The position numbers and the translations under genes are program-made. A DNA stretch of 64,000 bases. Source: an uncultured Fidelibacterota bacterium. GTDB lineage: Bacteria; Fidelibacterota; Marinisomatia; Marinisomatales; Marinisomataceae. Shown piece by piece: positions 1-10,500 of the stretch. Position 1 is the first letter of the stretch. Every line of letters begins with the position of its first letter. The notes under the pieces were generated by a model. That model was given only the letters and a program-made list of their open reading frames with translations. It was not told where the DNA came from and ran no database searches. The stretch is from NCBI GenBank assembly GCA_902525615.1, contig CABZHT010000001.1, positions 50,813 to 114,812 of the forward strand. The letters run 5' to 3'.

Positions 1-333
1 TTCAACAACGTCTTCTCCAAATTCGTCTTTAAAAATAGCTGCAGATTTTTCTTTATCAATAAATTCTGTGCTTGCAATTATGTTATTTTTTGATAATTCA
101 TCTATAAAGTCAGTATAAATATCTTGATCAACATCATTTTGAAGGAAAATTTCAAAAGAATATTTAGATCTAAAAAAATCAACTAGCGAATTTGTATTAT
201 AACCAACTACAAAAAGAGAACCTAATATTGAAAAATTAATAAAGATTGTAATCACACATAAAAAGCTAGTAAACTTATTTCGATAAAAACTCTTAAATCC
301 TTCAGCAATTAAAAAAGCGAATTGATCAATCAT
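1..333 (-). CDS. ftsX: FtsX-like cell-division ABC permease, N-terminal 111 codons (rest lies beyond window start)
   Basis: Not in ORF track because it is cut by the window edge. Manual reverse translation from the ATG at 333-331 gives [54 protein letters not shown]...EFGEDVVE. This is a short cytoplasmic N-terminus, the first TM and the start of a periplasmic domain, as in FtsX. ATGA start/stop overlap with ftsE. Confidence 0.6.
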   Translation of the reverse strand, partial: MIDQFAFLIAEGFKSFYRNKFTSFLCVITIFINFSILGSLFVVGYNTNSLVDFFRSKYSFEIFLQNDVDQDIYTDFIDELSKNNIIASTEFIDKEKSAAIFKDEFGEDVVE

Positions 334-983
334 AAACTTACCAAACTCCCTGCCTTAAGCTCAATTATTCTATAATCTCTATCTGATATAAGCTTATAAT
401 TATGAGTTGCCATTATAATAGTAGTTCCTTCTTTATTTATTTGCTCTAAAATTTTTAAAATCTTATGAGCTGCAGCTGGGTCAAGGTTACCTGTAGGTTC
501 GTCTGCTAAAATTAGTTCAGGATTTTTAACAATTGCTCTCGCAATACATACTCTTTGCTGTTCCCCACCAGAAAGCTGATCAGGATACTTATCTTGATAA
601 TCTAACAAATCGGTCAATTCCAAAGCCTCTTCAACATTATCTTTGATTTTTTTTCTACCTACACCATTGATATGAAGCGGTAATGCAATGTTCTCATAAA
701 CTGTTCTCTGTTTTAAGAGCTTGTAGTCTTGAAAAATTACACCAATTTTTTTTCTTAGCTTATGAATGTTATTTTTTCTTGTTTTTTTAGAATTATAGCC
801 CAAAACATCTATTTCACCCTCAGAAGGAAGAATATCAAAATAAATCATTTTAAGAAGACTAGATTTACCAGAGCCAGTTGGACCAACAAGAAAACAAAAT
901 TCGCTATCATCTACTTTTAGATCTATATCGTAAACGCCAGAATCTTTTGAATAGCTAAAAGAAATATTTTTAAACTCAACCAT
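330..983 (-). CDS. ftsE: Cell-division ABC transporter ATP-binding protein FtsE
   Basis: 217 aa. Walker [10 protein letters not shown], signature LSGGEQQR, Walker [14 protein letters not shown]-loop ATHN. Followed by ftsX. Confidence 0.85.
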   Translation of the reverse strand: MVEFKNISFSYSKDSGVYDIDLKVDDSEFCFLVGPTGSGKSSLLKMIYFDILPSEGEIDVLGYNSKKTRKNNIHKLRKKIGVIFQDYKLLKQRTVYENIALPLHINGVGRKKIKDNVEEALELTDLLDYQDKYPDQLSGGEQQRVCIARAIVKNPELILADEPTGNLDPAAAHKILKILEQINKEGTTIIMATHNYKLISDRDYRIIELKAGSLVSL

Positions 984-1905
984 AAAACTGCAAATATAAG
1001 AACGTTATGTATCCTACAAAAAGTACTGAAGCTGTTATCTTATTTAATCCCTTATTGAGATATATGAAAAACATTAATGAAAGTAAAAATCCTACGCCTA
1101 AAAATAATTCAAAATTTACATTAGTAGTTTCAATTGGGGTCACCAAAGCAATGGTTGATAAAACAAATAAAATATTAAAAATATTTGATCCAATAATATT
1201 TCCTAAAGATATACCAACCTCTCTTTTTGAGAGCGCCATCAATGTAACAAACAATTCAGGTAAAGATGTTCCTATTGCTACAACTGTCATTCCAACTGCT
1301 TTTTCAGAAAAACCAAATTGTTCGACCAAAGGAATTGCTCCATTATCCACAAATAATAATGACCCATAATAAAGTATAGTCGATCCAGCAATTATTCTAA
1401 GAACTGATTGATATGCTGGACAAACATTTTCATTTTCAAGCTCTCCATTACATGATGTGATATTAGGTCTTAAAAAACTAGCTATGATATAAACAAAAAA
1501 TACTAAGAGAAGGCCCTGAGCCTCTTTAGAATTAATTAAGTTGTCCTGAAGAAAAATATATAACATCAAACATGCTAAAAGATTATAAATAAATGGTGCA
1601 ATTGAGTTTTTTAAATCAAAGTCTATTTTAAAAAATAATGCTGGCAAACCAATAGCGATACCAATATTTGCAATATTTGAGCCTAATACATTACCTATAA
1701 CGAAATCAGTATAGCCTTGAAACGCACTAATTAGGCCTACTACAAGCTCAGGAAAGGAAGTTCCTATAGAAACTATGGTTAAACCTATGACAAGGTCAGA
1801 AACTTTTAATTTTTTAGCTAAACTTTTAGCGCCATCAATTAAAAATTCAGAGCCAAAATATAAACCTAAAGATCCAAAGATTAAAAAAAATAAACTAGAT
1901 AACAT
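976..1905 (-). CDS. Ca2+/Na+ antiporter, CaCA (YrbG-like) family
   Basis: 309 aa polytopic protein with duplicated alpha-repeat motifs GTSFPEL/GTSLPEL and GSNIANI/GSNIFNI, typical of Na_Ca_ex proteins. Confidence 0.8.
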   Translation of the reverse strand: MLSSLFFLIFGSLGLYFGSEFLIDGAKSLAKKLKVSDLVIGLTIVSIGTSFPELVVGLISAFQGYTDFVIGNVLGSNIANIGIAIGLPALFFKIDFDLKNSIAPFIYNLLACLMLYIFLQDNLINSKEAQGLLLVFFVYIIASFLRPNITSCNGELENENVCPAYQSVLRIIAGSTILYYGSLLFVDNGAIPLVEQFGFSEKAVGMTVVAIGTSLPELFVTLMALSKREVGISLGNIIGSNIFNILFVLSTIALVTPIETTNVNFELFLGVGFLLSLMFFIYLNKGLNKITASVLFVGYITFLYLQFYG

Positions 1906-2486
1906 TAGTACAATCCATTCTTATTTATAAAATCCCAAACTTCTTTTGTAACCATATATCTTATAGTTTTATCAGCTCTCCATCTCGCTCTAATATTTGT
2001 TGAAGAAATTTCAAATTGAGGGATATTAGCAAAGTGCACTCTATCTAACACCCATTGAGGAATATTGCTTGGAGTAAATCCTGGTCTAGTAGCGACAATA
2101 ATATTACATAAATCTAAAATTTCTTTAGGATTTTTCCAATTATGGAAATCCATCAGTGTATCACTTCCCATAAGAAAGTAAAGGTCTTTTTTTTCAATAT
2201 TTATTTCATTTCTAAAATACTTAATTGAATCAATAGTATAACTAATATTTCCTTTCTTAATTTCAAAGTCAGATATTTCGAAATTATCATTATTTAACAA
2301 AGCTATATCTAGCATTTTTAGCCTTTTTTTTGGAGGAGACATTTCTCTACCTTGTTTTACTGGAGATAAATAAGCTGGTAAAAAAATTAATCTATCAAAA
2401 TTTTCAGATTCAATAATGGTTTGAGCGATAAGAAGATGACCGATATGAGGCGGGTCAAAAGTTCCTCCAAAAATACAAGTTTTCAT
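1905..2486 (-). CDS. nadD: Nicotinate-nucleotide adenylyltransferase
   Basis: 193 aa. GGTFDPPHIGH nucleotidyltransferase motif and C-terminal ISSTNIR motif. Confidence 0.9.
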   Translation of the reverse strand: MKTCIFGGTFDPPHIGHLLIAQTIIESENFDRLIFLPAYLSPVKQGREMSPPKKRLKMLDIALLNNDNFEISDFEIKKGNISYTIDSIKYFRNEINIEKKDLYFLMGSDTLMDFHNWKNPKEILDLCNIIVATRPGFTPSNIPQWVLDRVHFANIPQFEISSTNIRARWRADKTIRYMVTKEVWDFINKNGLY

Positions 2487-2500
2487 TATCTAATTTTTTC

Positions 2501-3244
2501 TTAAGTATTATTAATTATATCTAAGGCTTCTTTATTAAATTCACTAGAAATCATAGAGTCTTCTTTTGTAACGAAATTTTTTAAAAAAACTTTAGCTTCA
2601 TCTTTTTCACCCAAGAAAATTAAACATCTGATAATTTCTAAATTTGCATCATAATAAAATTTAGTATCGTAATAATCATTTACTACATTTTCATATGATT
2701 GTTTAGCGGAGTCATAAGCTTTTAATTTTATATACAATTTTCCAGTTTCCATATGTTTTTTTGCCAATCTATTTCTAAGAGTTACTAGAAGAATATCTGC
2801 TTCATTTAAATATTGTGAATTTGGATAATCATCAATAAAATCTTGGATCTGAGAAATCGCCTTTACGCTTGAATCTTGATCATGAAAATAATTTGGCGAT
2901 AAGAATGTTAAAGTTTCACATATTCTCCATCTAGATTTTTCTATGTATGGACTAAAACCCATTCTAGAAACAAGTTTTTCAAATTCAATTAATGCAAGAT
3001 TATAATCTTTATTAAGAAAATATGATTCAGCTAAAAAGAAAAGAGAATCATCACCTAAATCTGTATGTGAAGCGCGCTGAACAATGATATTGAATTGTTG
3101 AGCAGATTGATTATATTTTTCTTTTTCAAAGAACTCTAGTCCTTCATCAAAACGCTGCTTGTATGGTATATTGTCATCAAAAATATTTGTAGCACCGCAA
3201 CTTAACAAACTTAGGAAAGTGAAGACAAATAAAATGTTTTTCAT
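2501..3244 (-). CDS. bamD: Outer membrane assembly lipoprotein BamD/YfiO-like (TPR)
   Basis: 247 aa. Lipobox LLSC. TPR-like helical repeats with the recurrent 'DDYPNSQY' type motif characteristic of BamD. Confidence 0.7.
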   Translation of the reverse strand: MKNILFVFTFLSLLSCGATNIFDDNIPYKQRFDEGLEFFEKEKYNQSAQQFNIIVQRASHTDLGDDSLFFLAESYFLNKDYNLALIEFEKLVSRMGFSPYIEKSRWRICETLTFLSPNYFHDQDSSVKAISQIQDFIDDYPNSQYLNEADILLVTLRNRLAKKHMETGKLYIKLKAYDSAKQSYENVVNDYYDTKFYYDANLEIIRCLIFLGEKDEAKVFLKNFVTKEDSMISSEFNKEALDIINNT

Positions 3245-3268
3245 AAAGGTGTTATCTTAATAAAAATA

Positions 3269-4204
3269 TTAAAATGAACCACTTATAGAAAATTTTAACA
3301 TGTCAGCATGTGGATCAAACTCATCGGCAAGAAGGTAACTTAAATCAAAACTAATGGCCTCAAGATTAAATCCGAAGCCTAAAGATGAAAAACTGACATC
3401 TCCAGCTGAATCATTTAACATACCAGCCCTTACAAAAATCTGTTTGGAAATTGAGTACTGAAAACCAAGATGAGTAGACATTGACTTGTCATTAATTTCA
3501 TAATTCAAATCAAGGGCTGCAATACCTTTACCATCCATAACAGATAAAGATGAACCTAATCCTAATTTGCTAGGTAAAGGATCTTCCTCTCCGTCATTAA
3601 AAGAAACGCCGGGACCCAGATTTGCAAGTATTAGACCTAATTTAAGATTGGGATTATCAAATGCATTATGTCTGAAATAACCTAAGTCGATAGCAAAATT
3701 TGAGCTAGATGCATCAAAATCTCCAGTAACTGCTAGCTCTTGAAAAAAATATTTACCACTAACACCCACAGAAGAATTACTGTCTAAACTTTTAGCGTAA
3801 GAAACATTAAGAGCATACATATAACTTGAAAAAGTACCTAATTCAGAATTATTTGAATCAGTAGATGTTTGGTCTCCGAGATTTAAATAAGTAAAATGAC
3901 CACCAATGGCTTCTCCCTCACCTAAGGGCATACCAAATGTTAAAAAATCATATGACATATCATCAACTAAATTAGGTAAATAGCTAGAATGCATGAATGA
4001 AAACTCTTTGGAAGATAAATTAGTCAAGCCAGCAGGATTATAATATGTAGCATAAGCATCATCTGCAATACCAATATTTGCTTCACCCATTCCGCTTGAT
4101 TTAGCACCTGGGTTTATTGATAAAAACAAAGAACCAGCCTGACCCTGAGCAAATGATAGCTGAGTAATAAAAATAAAAATTATTAAAGTGTATATTTTTT
4201 TCAT
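3269..4204 (-). CDS. PorV/PorQ (FadL-like, UPF0164-type) outer-membrane beta-barrel
   Basis: 311 aa. Signal peptide ending SFAQG. N-terminal family motif GAKSSGMGEANIGIADDAYATYYNPAGL. Alternating beta-strand pattern with C-terminal aromatic residue (..SGSF). Confidence 0.65.
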   Translation of the reverse strand: MKKIYTLIIFIFITQLSFAQGQAGSLFLSINPGAKSSGMGEANIGIADDAYATYYNPAGLTNLSSKEFSFMHSSYLPNLVDDMSYDFLTFGMPLGEGEAIGGHFTYLNLGDQTSTDSNNSELGTFSSYMYALNVSYAKSLDSNSSVGVSGKYFFQELAVTGDFDASSSNFAIDLGYFRHNAFDNPNLKLGLILANLGPGVSFNDGEEDPLPSKLGLGSSLSVMDGKGIAALDLNYEINDKSMSTHLGFQYSISKQIFVRAGMLNDSAGDVSFSSLGFGFNLEAISFDLSYLLADEFDPHADMLKFSISGSF

Positions 4205-4225
4205 AATAGCTAAGATAATTATAAA

Positions 4226-6022
4226 TCAGTAAAAGAACAAAGGAATATATGTTATAAATATTACTCCTAATAACCTTATAAAGAAAAAAGGTAAGGTTGC
4301 ACTATAAATTGTAGGCATATCTTTTTCAAACCTATAAGATGATAAATACAAATTCATTCCAACAGGAGGTGTAATATATCCAAGCTCAAGATTAGCTATA
4401 AAAATGATTGCTAAATGAAACGGATCTATTCCAAAATAAGTTGCAAGAGGAGCAATTAATGGTACAACAACAATAATTGCAGAAAATACGTCCATTAAAC
4501 AACCAACAATCAATAGTAAAATATTTAGCGCTAGTAAAAATATAATTTTTGATGATATTGTGCTTTGAACAAAGTTAAGAATTTTTAGAGGAATTTGTGC
4601 ATCCACTAAATAGCCAGTAAATCCCATAGCAAAGCCAAGAATAATCAATACTCCACCTACTAAAGTAGAACAATCAATTATAATTTTAGGTAAATTTTTA
4701 AATGATATATCTCTAAAGATATATAATTCAACAGTTAACACATATAAAACTAATAGTGCAGCGCTTTCTACAAGAGTAGCAAAACCTGAAAAAAGGCTTA
4801 ATATTATAAGCAAAGGTATTGCAATTTCCCATTTAGCTATTTTTACAGTTTCAAACGCATCTTTAAAAACAAACCTTTCAACTGTTTTACTTTTTGGTCT
4901 TTTATAAAGACCATAAAAAAACATTATGCTCATTAAAAAAGTTGCAGGAATTAATGCTTGTTTAAATAATTCTAATGGATTTATTCCAGCAGTAACTGAA
5001 TAAATTATTGCTGGAAGGCTAGGTGGAAAAAGCAATCCTAATGATCCTGCAGTAGTGATTATTCCTAATGAAAATTGTTTTGAATACCCATCATGTATTA
5101 AAATCGGATAAAGTATTGCTCCTAAAGCAAGAATTGTAACTCCTGAACCCCCTGTCAAAGCAGTGAAAAAAGCGCACAAAAGCACAACTATAAGAACAGT
5201 TGATCCTGGAAGCCATCCTAGACTAGCCTTAAAAAATCTAATTAATCTTTCTGAAATATTACTCTCTGCTAATATATATCCAGCAAGAGTAAATATTGGT
5301 ATAGCAGCTAATGTTGGAGAAACAACTATTCTATATGCGCTATCACTTATAGTAGAAATTAAATCATAGTTTGTTGCCCATTCTGAAGGCTCTGATAAAA
5401 AAAAGAAGATTGATAATGAAGCTAATAGAATGAAAATTGGAAGACCAAAAGCTACTAATGAAATCGCAAATAACACCTTGGTCCATAGTAGTAAAGGATT
5501 CGCTAGTGGAAACTGCCAAAAATAAAGGATTACAGTTGGTATGATTGAAATTACCGTTAACAAAACTCTATATTTTAAATCTATACTACTAGTCATTATC
5601 ATTTGATACCATATTAAAATTAGTCCTACTGGAATTATTAACTGAGCAAACCATGTTGGAATATATGGCGCTATATAGTCTGGATACTGAAAACCAATCT
5701 GTATCATTTTTAAGTATGATATTGATAAAACAAATACAATTGATAGCGAAAAAACATGAACAAAAAATTTAGGCCAATCCACTTTTGTTGAAGAATCAAA
5801 CACAGGGTCTCTAACAACAGATAATAATTTATTAGATCTTGCTGCAATTACTGCACCAATAAAACCAATCCATAATGTCATATGTTGAACAATTTCTTGT
5901 GATGCTGGAATTGAAAAAAAACTAATATATCTTCCAAGAATCTGAAATATTGGGAAAGATATAAGAATCAAAAATAGAAATATACAAAGCCAATCTATTG
6001 CTCTATTTAAATAATTATTCAT
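4226..6022 (-). CDS. TRAP transporter fused small/large permease (DctQ-DctM fusion)
   Basis: 598 aa. An N-terminal ~170-aa 4-TM part is fused to a ~430-aa DctM-like polytopic part. 8-nt overlap with the upstream solute-receptor gene. Confidence 0.85.
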   Translation of the reverse strand: MNNYLNRAIDWLCIFLFLILISFPIFQILGRYISFFSIPASQEIVQHMTLWIGFIGAVIAARSNKLLSVVRDPVFDSSTKVDWPKFFVHVFSLSIVFVLSISYLKMIQIGFQYPDYIAPYIPTWFAQLIIPVGLILIWYQMIMTSSIDLKYRVLLTVISIIPTVILYFWQFPLANPLLLWTKVLFAISLVAFGLPIFILLASLSIFFFLSEPSEWATNYDLISTISDSAYRIVVSPTLAAIPIFTLAGYILAESNISERLIRFFKASLGWLPGSTVLIVVLLCAFFTALTGGSGVTILALGAILYPILIHDGYSKQFSLGIITTAGSLGLLFPPSLPAIIYSVTAGINPLELFKQALIPATFLMSIMFFYGLYKRPKSKTVERFVFKDAFETVKIAKWEIAIPLLIILSLFSGFATLVESAALLVLYVLTVELYIFRDISFKNLPKIIIDCSTLVGGVLIILGFAMGFTGYLVDAQIPLKILNFVQSTISSKIIFLLALNILLLIVGCLMDVFSAIIVVVPLIAPLATYFGIDPFHLAIIFIANLELGYITPPVGMNLYLSSYRFEKDMPTIYSATLPFFFIRLLGVIFITYIPLFFY

Positions 6023-6992
6023 TTATAGCAGAAATCACTTTTTCATAGATGTCAGTCGACAAGAATGTATCTACAACGTCAGGAGTAATTTCATCTTTGA
6101 AATCATTCCAAACAGCAACTTCTTCATCTGAAGGTTTTTTAATCTTCAAACCGTACTCTTGCATAACTTCAATAGCTTTTTTTTCCATTTCTCTTCCACT
6201 TTTTTGATATTTTTTTCCAATATCATTTGCTATTTCCATCATAATTTTTTGATTTTCAGGTTTAATTTTTTTCCATACTCTCTCGTCAACAATAACGGCT
6301 CCAACAAATGCCCCCCATTTAAGATCAAGCATATTTGGCATCAAAGCTGACCATCCTGAACTCAGAGATAAAATTGGCACTGTTTGCATGCTATTTATCA
6401 TTCCAGTTTGAAGAGATGTTAAAATATCAGTTTCTGATACAGGTACAGCATTAAATCCAAATTTTTTAAAAAGCTCAACTGTAATATAATCACCAGCCGT
6501 AGTATAAATTTTTGCATCCATTAAATCCTTAGGAACCGAAATCTGTTCTGCGGAAAACCAATATACCCAACCAATATCAACTAGAAAAAGTAATTTAAAA
6601 CCACTTTGAGACAACCCTTCTGAAATATCGTCAAACATCACAGATTTTACTTTATCAATTTCTTCATAGTTTTGAAAGCCCATTGGCAGTGTAAAAGCTT
6701 GAATTTGATCGGTCAATTCGGCAAGGCCTATAGACGACATGGCTGAAGCTTGTATCTGCCCTACCCTCATTTTTCTTATTGTATCTTTTTCTCCCCCTAC
6801 AACTCCATTAGGGTAAATTCTAAGTTGTACTTGACCTCCAGTTTCCTGTTGCCATCTTTGACCCATTTCAAATAGAAGATTATAGTATTCAGTACCTTCT
6901 GGAGCTACAGTCGCAAGTTTAATAACTATGGGTCTTGCAAAAATAATATTTGATAAAAGAAGGAAGGTTAAGATGTTTCTACATGTTTTCAT
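6015..6992 (-). CDS. TRAP transporter periplasmic solute-binding protein (DctP family; TatP(T)-like by context)
   Basis: 325 aa with signal peptide. DctP-family resemblance. Sits between the TatT-like and DctQM genes. Confidence 0.75.
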   Translation of the reverse strand: MKTCRNILTFLLLSNIIFARPIVIKLATVAPEGTEYYNLLFEMGQRWQQETGGQVQLRIYPNGVVGGEKDTIRKMRVGQIQASAMSSIGLAELTDQIQAFTLPMGFQNYEEIDKVKSVMFDDISEGLSQSGFKLLFLVDIGWVYWFSAEQISVPKDLMDAKIYTTAGDYITVELFKKFGFNAVPVSETDILTSLQTGMINSMQTVPILSLSSGWSALMPNMLDLKWGAFVGAVIVDERVWKKIKPENQKIMMEIANDIGKKYQKSGREMEKKAIEVMQEYGLKIKKPSDEEVAVWNDFKDEITPDVVDTFLSTDIYEKVISAINE

Positions 6993-7001
6993 TGAAATAA
7001 T

Positions 7002-7868
7002 TTACATATAAAATAAATCATCTACTCTTGATTTTAGCCATTTTGCACGAGACTGAGATAATTTGTTAGATTGTTTCAAACTTTTATCTTTATTAACATC
7101 AATATTTATTGCCTTATCCAGTAACTCAATAAATAATTTTTTATCCTGTTTTGACACAGCATAATTTTCTGCTAAAGTGACGTATATTGAAGCATTTAAA
7201 CCGTTTGACTGTTTTTCTGCTAAATCAAAATATGATAAAGCTGTTTTTTGAGCATTTTTATCACCACTTAGATCGTTTAAATACACGCTCATCATAGCAG
7301 CGCTAAGTGTTCCATTTTCCCAATTAGGATCAACGGTTATTGCATTTTCTAGCAACCATTTTATATTAGGTAGATCAATTAAATATTGAGGATCTCCTTG
7401 ACTAGCTTGAATTGATCCTGCAAGAGAACCGCTCAACCAATATAAATAGTCTATATCCTCTTTTTCAAAAGCTATTTCTTCTTTATTCCTCATTTTTTGA
7501 ACGAAGTTTTCGTATTTAATCTCTAGAGCATTAAATAAATAATTTCTAGAAATAACAAATAGATCCAAGGATTTTGCATAATATTCTCTGGATTTGTAAT
7601 AGTTGCTGTACATTAATCTATCTCCTTTTTCCATCAAAATTCCATATGCATATGTTATTCGACTTTTTGATGCATTAAGATAGAAAAGTTGATTATTAGG
7701 ATTTTTTTGAATTTTCCTTTTTTGAGATTCAAAGGATAATGGTAATGCAATTTCTGCTACTTCTGACCCTAGCATCATTTTATTGTTTACAACACAACCA
7801 TTCAAAATAATAAAAATCAAAAATAGATGGGTTTTAGGAACTAAAAACTTTTTCAATAAATTAATCAT
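7002..7868 (-). CDS. TatT-like TPR lipoprotein of TPR-protein-associated TRAP transporters
   Basis: The ORF track gives 7002..7895. The likely start is the ATG at 7868, giving [25 protein letters not shown] with lipobox LNGC. All-helical TPR-like body. The C-terminal ...[16 protein letters not shown] resembles the conserved TatT family tail. Lies directly upstream of dctP-dctQM. Confidence 0.6.
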   Translation of the reverse strand: MINLLKKFLVPKTHLFLIFIILNGCVVNNKMMLGSEVAEIALPLSFESQKRKIQKNPNNQLFYLNASKSRITYAYGILMEKGDRLMYSNYYKSREYYAKSLDLFVISRNYLFNALEIKYENFVQKMRNKEEIAFEKEDIDYLYWLSGSLAGSIQASQGDPQYLIDLPNIKWLLENAITVDPNWENGTLSAAMMSVYLNDLSGDKNAQKTALSYFDLAEKQSNGLNASIYVTLAENYAVSKQDKKLFIELLDKAINIDVNKDKSLKQSNKLSQSRAKWLKSRVDDLFYM

Positions 7869-9147
7869 ATATTTGAAAAGTTGAGCATAGCTCATTAACG
7901 TGCTTTTTAACTGATTGAATTTTTTCTTTATTATCGTGATTTAAAATGACTTGATCTATTAAATCAACAATAATTTTAACTTCATCTAAACCCATTCCCC
8001 TTGTCGTCATAGCTGGAGAACCAATTCTAATTCCACTTGTAACAAATGGACTTTTGGGATCAAAAGGAATCATATTTTTATTTACGGTAATTCCTGCTTC
8101 GTCAAGAGCAATTTCTGCAGCTTTTCCGGATATATTTTTGTTCTGTAAATCAATTAAGACTAAGTGCGTATCTGTTCCACCAGAAATTAATTTATACCCC
8201 TTAGACTTAAACTCCTCGGCAAAACATTGTGCATTATCAAGTACTCCTCTTATATAAGTTTTAAAAGATGGTTCAAGCGCCTCTTTAAATGCTACTGCTT
8301 TTGCGGCAATGATATGCATAAGCGGCCCACCTTGCATTCCAGGCATTACAGCGCTATCGATTAGCTCTGACATCATTTTAACTCTTCCTGATTTTGGTGC
8401 AACTTTTCCAAATGGATTTTCATAGTCACTTCCAAGCAAAATTATACCACCTCTTGGGCCTCTAAGCGATTTGTGTGTACTAGTAGAAACAACATGACAG
8501 TGCGGAAATGGTGAAGGATGCATTTCAGCAGCTATTAGCCCTGAATTATGGCAAATATCTCCGTGTAAAAATGCTCCAACTTCGTCCGCAACTTCTCTAA
8601 ATTTTTCAAATTCAACTGTTCTTGGATAAGCGCTTGCACCACAAATAATAATTTTAGGTTTGTATTCTCTAGCTTTTTTTAGCAAATCATCAAAATCTAC
8701 TAATCCAGTATCCTGTTTTACTTGAAAAGTAACAGAATTATAAATTTGACCTGAGAAGCTAACTTTAGATCCATGCGTTAAGTGTCCACCATGACTCAAA
8801 TCTAACCCCATAATACAGTCTCCAGGCTGTAAATAAGCAAGATAAACACCCATATTACCAGATGAACCTGAATGAGGTTGAACATTAGCATATTCAGCCT
8901 TAAAAAGTCTTTTGGCTCTGTCAATTGCTAAATTTTCTGCTTCATCTACATGTACACATCCACCATAATATCTTTTTCCAGGATAGCCTTCAGCATATTT
9001 GTTTGTAAGTATAGAACCTGCAGTTTCAAGAACGGCTTTACTGGTAAAATTTTCAGACGCAATAAGCTCTAAATAATTATTTTGTCTATTTAATTCTGAC
9101 TGAATAATATCATAGATTTTTTTGTCTTTTTCTTTGACAATAGACAT
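7861..9147 (-). CDS. glyA: Serine hydroxymethyltransferase
   Basis: 428 aa. PLP-lysine motif [15 protein letters not shown]. Full-length SHMT similarity. Confidence 0.97.
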   Translation of the reverse strand: MSIVKEKDKKIYDIIQSELNRQNNYLELIASENFTSKAVLETAGSILTNKYAEGYPGKRYYGGCVHVDEAENLAIDRAKRLFKAEYANVQPHSGSSGNMGVYLAYLQPGDCIMGLDLSHGGHLTHGSKVSFSGQIYNSVTFQVKQDTGLVDFDDLLKKAREYKPKIIICGASAYPRTVEFEKFREVADEVGAFLHGDICHNSGLIAAEMHPSPFPHCHVVSTSTHKSLRGPRGGIILLGSDYENPFGKVAPKSGRVKMMSELIDSAVMPGMQGGPLMHIIAAKAVAFKEALEPSFKTYIRGVLDNAQCFAEEFKSKGYKLISGGTDTHLVLIDLQNKNISGKAAEIALDEAGITVNKNMIPFDPKSPFVTSGIRIGSPAMTTRGMGLDEVKIIVDLIDQVILNHDNKEKIQSVKKHVNELCSTFQIYD

Positions 9148-9150
9148 CGA

Positions 9151-10485
9151 TTACCAATCTGATTGTTTAGATAAAGATTCAGAAACCCAATCATAACATC
9201 TTCCACTAGGAGAAACTTTTCCAGAAGCTTGAACGTCTTTGTCAGTCATAAACCAATCAGCATAGCTAAATAAAACCTCATTTTCTTCTAACCAATTCTT
9301 TTGCTTAAAATATTTTGAATTACCTTTGTTTTCGGCTTTAACAAAATATTCATACGCAAGTGAAGCTACAATTTTATCAGAACGAGAAAAATTGTCTCCC
9401 CTACAAGACTGCATAGCTTTATAATATAAATTTCCCATGTGAGCTAAAGATTCAGCATTATTTCTTGAAATTTTCATTGATTTTTGACCCCATTCAAAAG
9501 CAGATTTAAAATCATCCATTTCAATACTATTTACTGAAATTAACAAAGCAACTCTAAAATTGTTTCTATCAAGATCAAATAAGTCTTCAAGAATCTCAAC
9601 AGCATCATTGAAATCTGAGTTTTCATTATATGCTTTACCAAGCGACATATAAACCATGCTGTTATCGCGATTATAACTTAAAGTATTTTCAAGAACATCT
9701 ATTGCTTCATCAGTGTCACCATTAGACATTAATTTTTCAGCATAATCAACTGCATAGGAAGCATTATCGGGATTATCTTCAAATCTTGCCTTAAAAATTT
9801 CAAGCGGATCTTCGCCAGAATCTTCATACACTCTTGCCAATTCCGACTGAACTGAAGCATTATTGGGATTAATAATTAAAATCTTCTTTAATACAGAAAT
9901 TTGTTCATCTGATCTTCCTTGCTTTCCATAAGCTTTAGCGAGGTCTCTTAAAGAATCTGTGTCTCTAGATCCAGAGTCCATCAAACGCTCATATTCAATA
10001 ATCATTTCATCAATTTTATCTTGTTTTTTGAAAGCATATGCTAATCTTGTCATTAAAGAAATATTGTCAGGAAGCTCCTGTAAGCCCTTAGTTAAAATCT
10101 TTTCAGACTCTTCAAATTTTCCAAGATTTTGTAATGCTATTGCCCAATAGAGATAGACGTCATCAGCATTAACCCAATCTGAATTCCATTGATCACACCT
10201 CAAATCCATTAAATCAGAGTAGGATTGAGCACTTAGTTCCCAATTACTGTTCCTGTAATACTCAGCAGCACTACTGGATAATTGAGGACATCTATCTTCC
10301 TGCTCATATTCAATTGAATAAGGATACCAACCTTCATTGTAGATTAGTCTTGTTGCCTCTCTACAATCAACAACTTTAATTTCTACATCATTAGTAATTC
10401 TTAAGCTCTCTCCCCTTTTACATTGAGCGTTGGTTTCAGAAATGAATACCAAAAATAATATCAAAAATATTAACTTGTTTCTCAT
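9151..10485 (-). CDS. Secreted TPR-repeat protein
   Basis: 444 aa. Signal peptide (..SETNAQ). Multiple TPR-like repeats (e.g. LAKAYGKQGRSDEQISVLKKILIINPNN). Confidence 0.65.
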   Translation of the reverse strand: MRNKLIFLILFLVFISETNAQCKRGESLRITNDVEIKVVDCREATRLIYNEGWYPYSIEYEQEDRCPQLSSSAAEYYRNSNWELSAQSYSDLMDLRCDQWNSDWVNADDVYLYWAIALQNLGKFEESEKILTKGLQELPDNISLMTRLAYAFKKQDKIDEMIIEYERLMDSGSRDTDSLRDLAKAYGKQGRSDEQISVLKKILIINPNNASVQSELARVYEDSGEDPLEIFKARFEDNPDNASYAVDYAEKLMSNGDTDEAIDVLENTLSYNRDNSMVYMSLGKAYNENSDFNDAVEILEDLFDLDRNNFRVALLISVNSIEMDDFKSAFEWGQKSMKISRNNAESLAHMGNLYYKAMQSCRGDNFSRSDKIVASLAYEYFVKAENKGNSKYFKQKNWLEENEVLFSYADWFMTDKDVQASGKVSPSGRCYDWVSESLSKQSDW

Positions 10486-10500
10486 TATGTCTCCATTAAA

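Noticed and set aside
1007-1369. 120-aa plus-strand ORF inside the CaCA antiporter gene. Similar antisense ORFs are listed at 5163, 6159, 8054, 9959, 10430, 13522, 19770, 20127, 20426, 23275, 24631, 25213, 25663, 30208, 31297, 31680, 35146, 39538, 39806, 40472, 41404, 41943, 45711, 48658, 49806, 52290, 52902, 54744, 56927, 58989 and 60905.
   Set aside because: All lie wholly within, or mostly overlap, well-supported genes on the other strand or in another frame. They lack motifs and have skewed, low-complexity composition.
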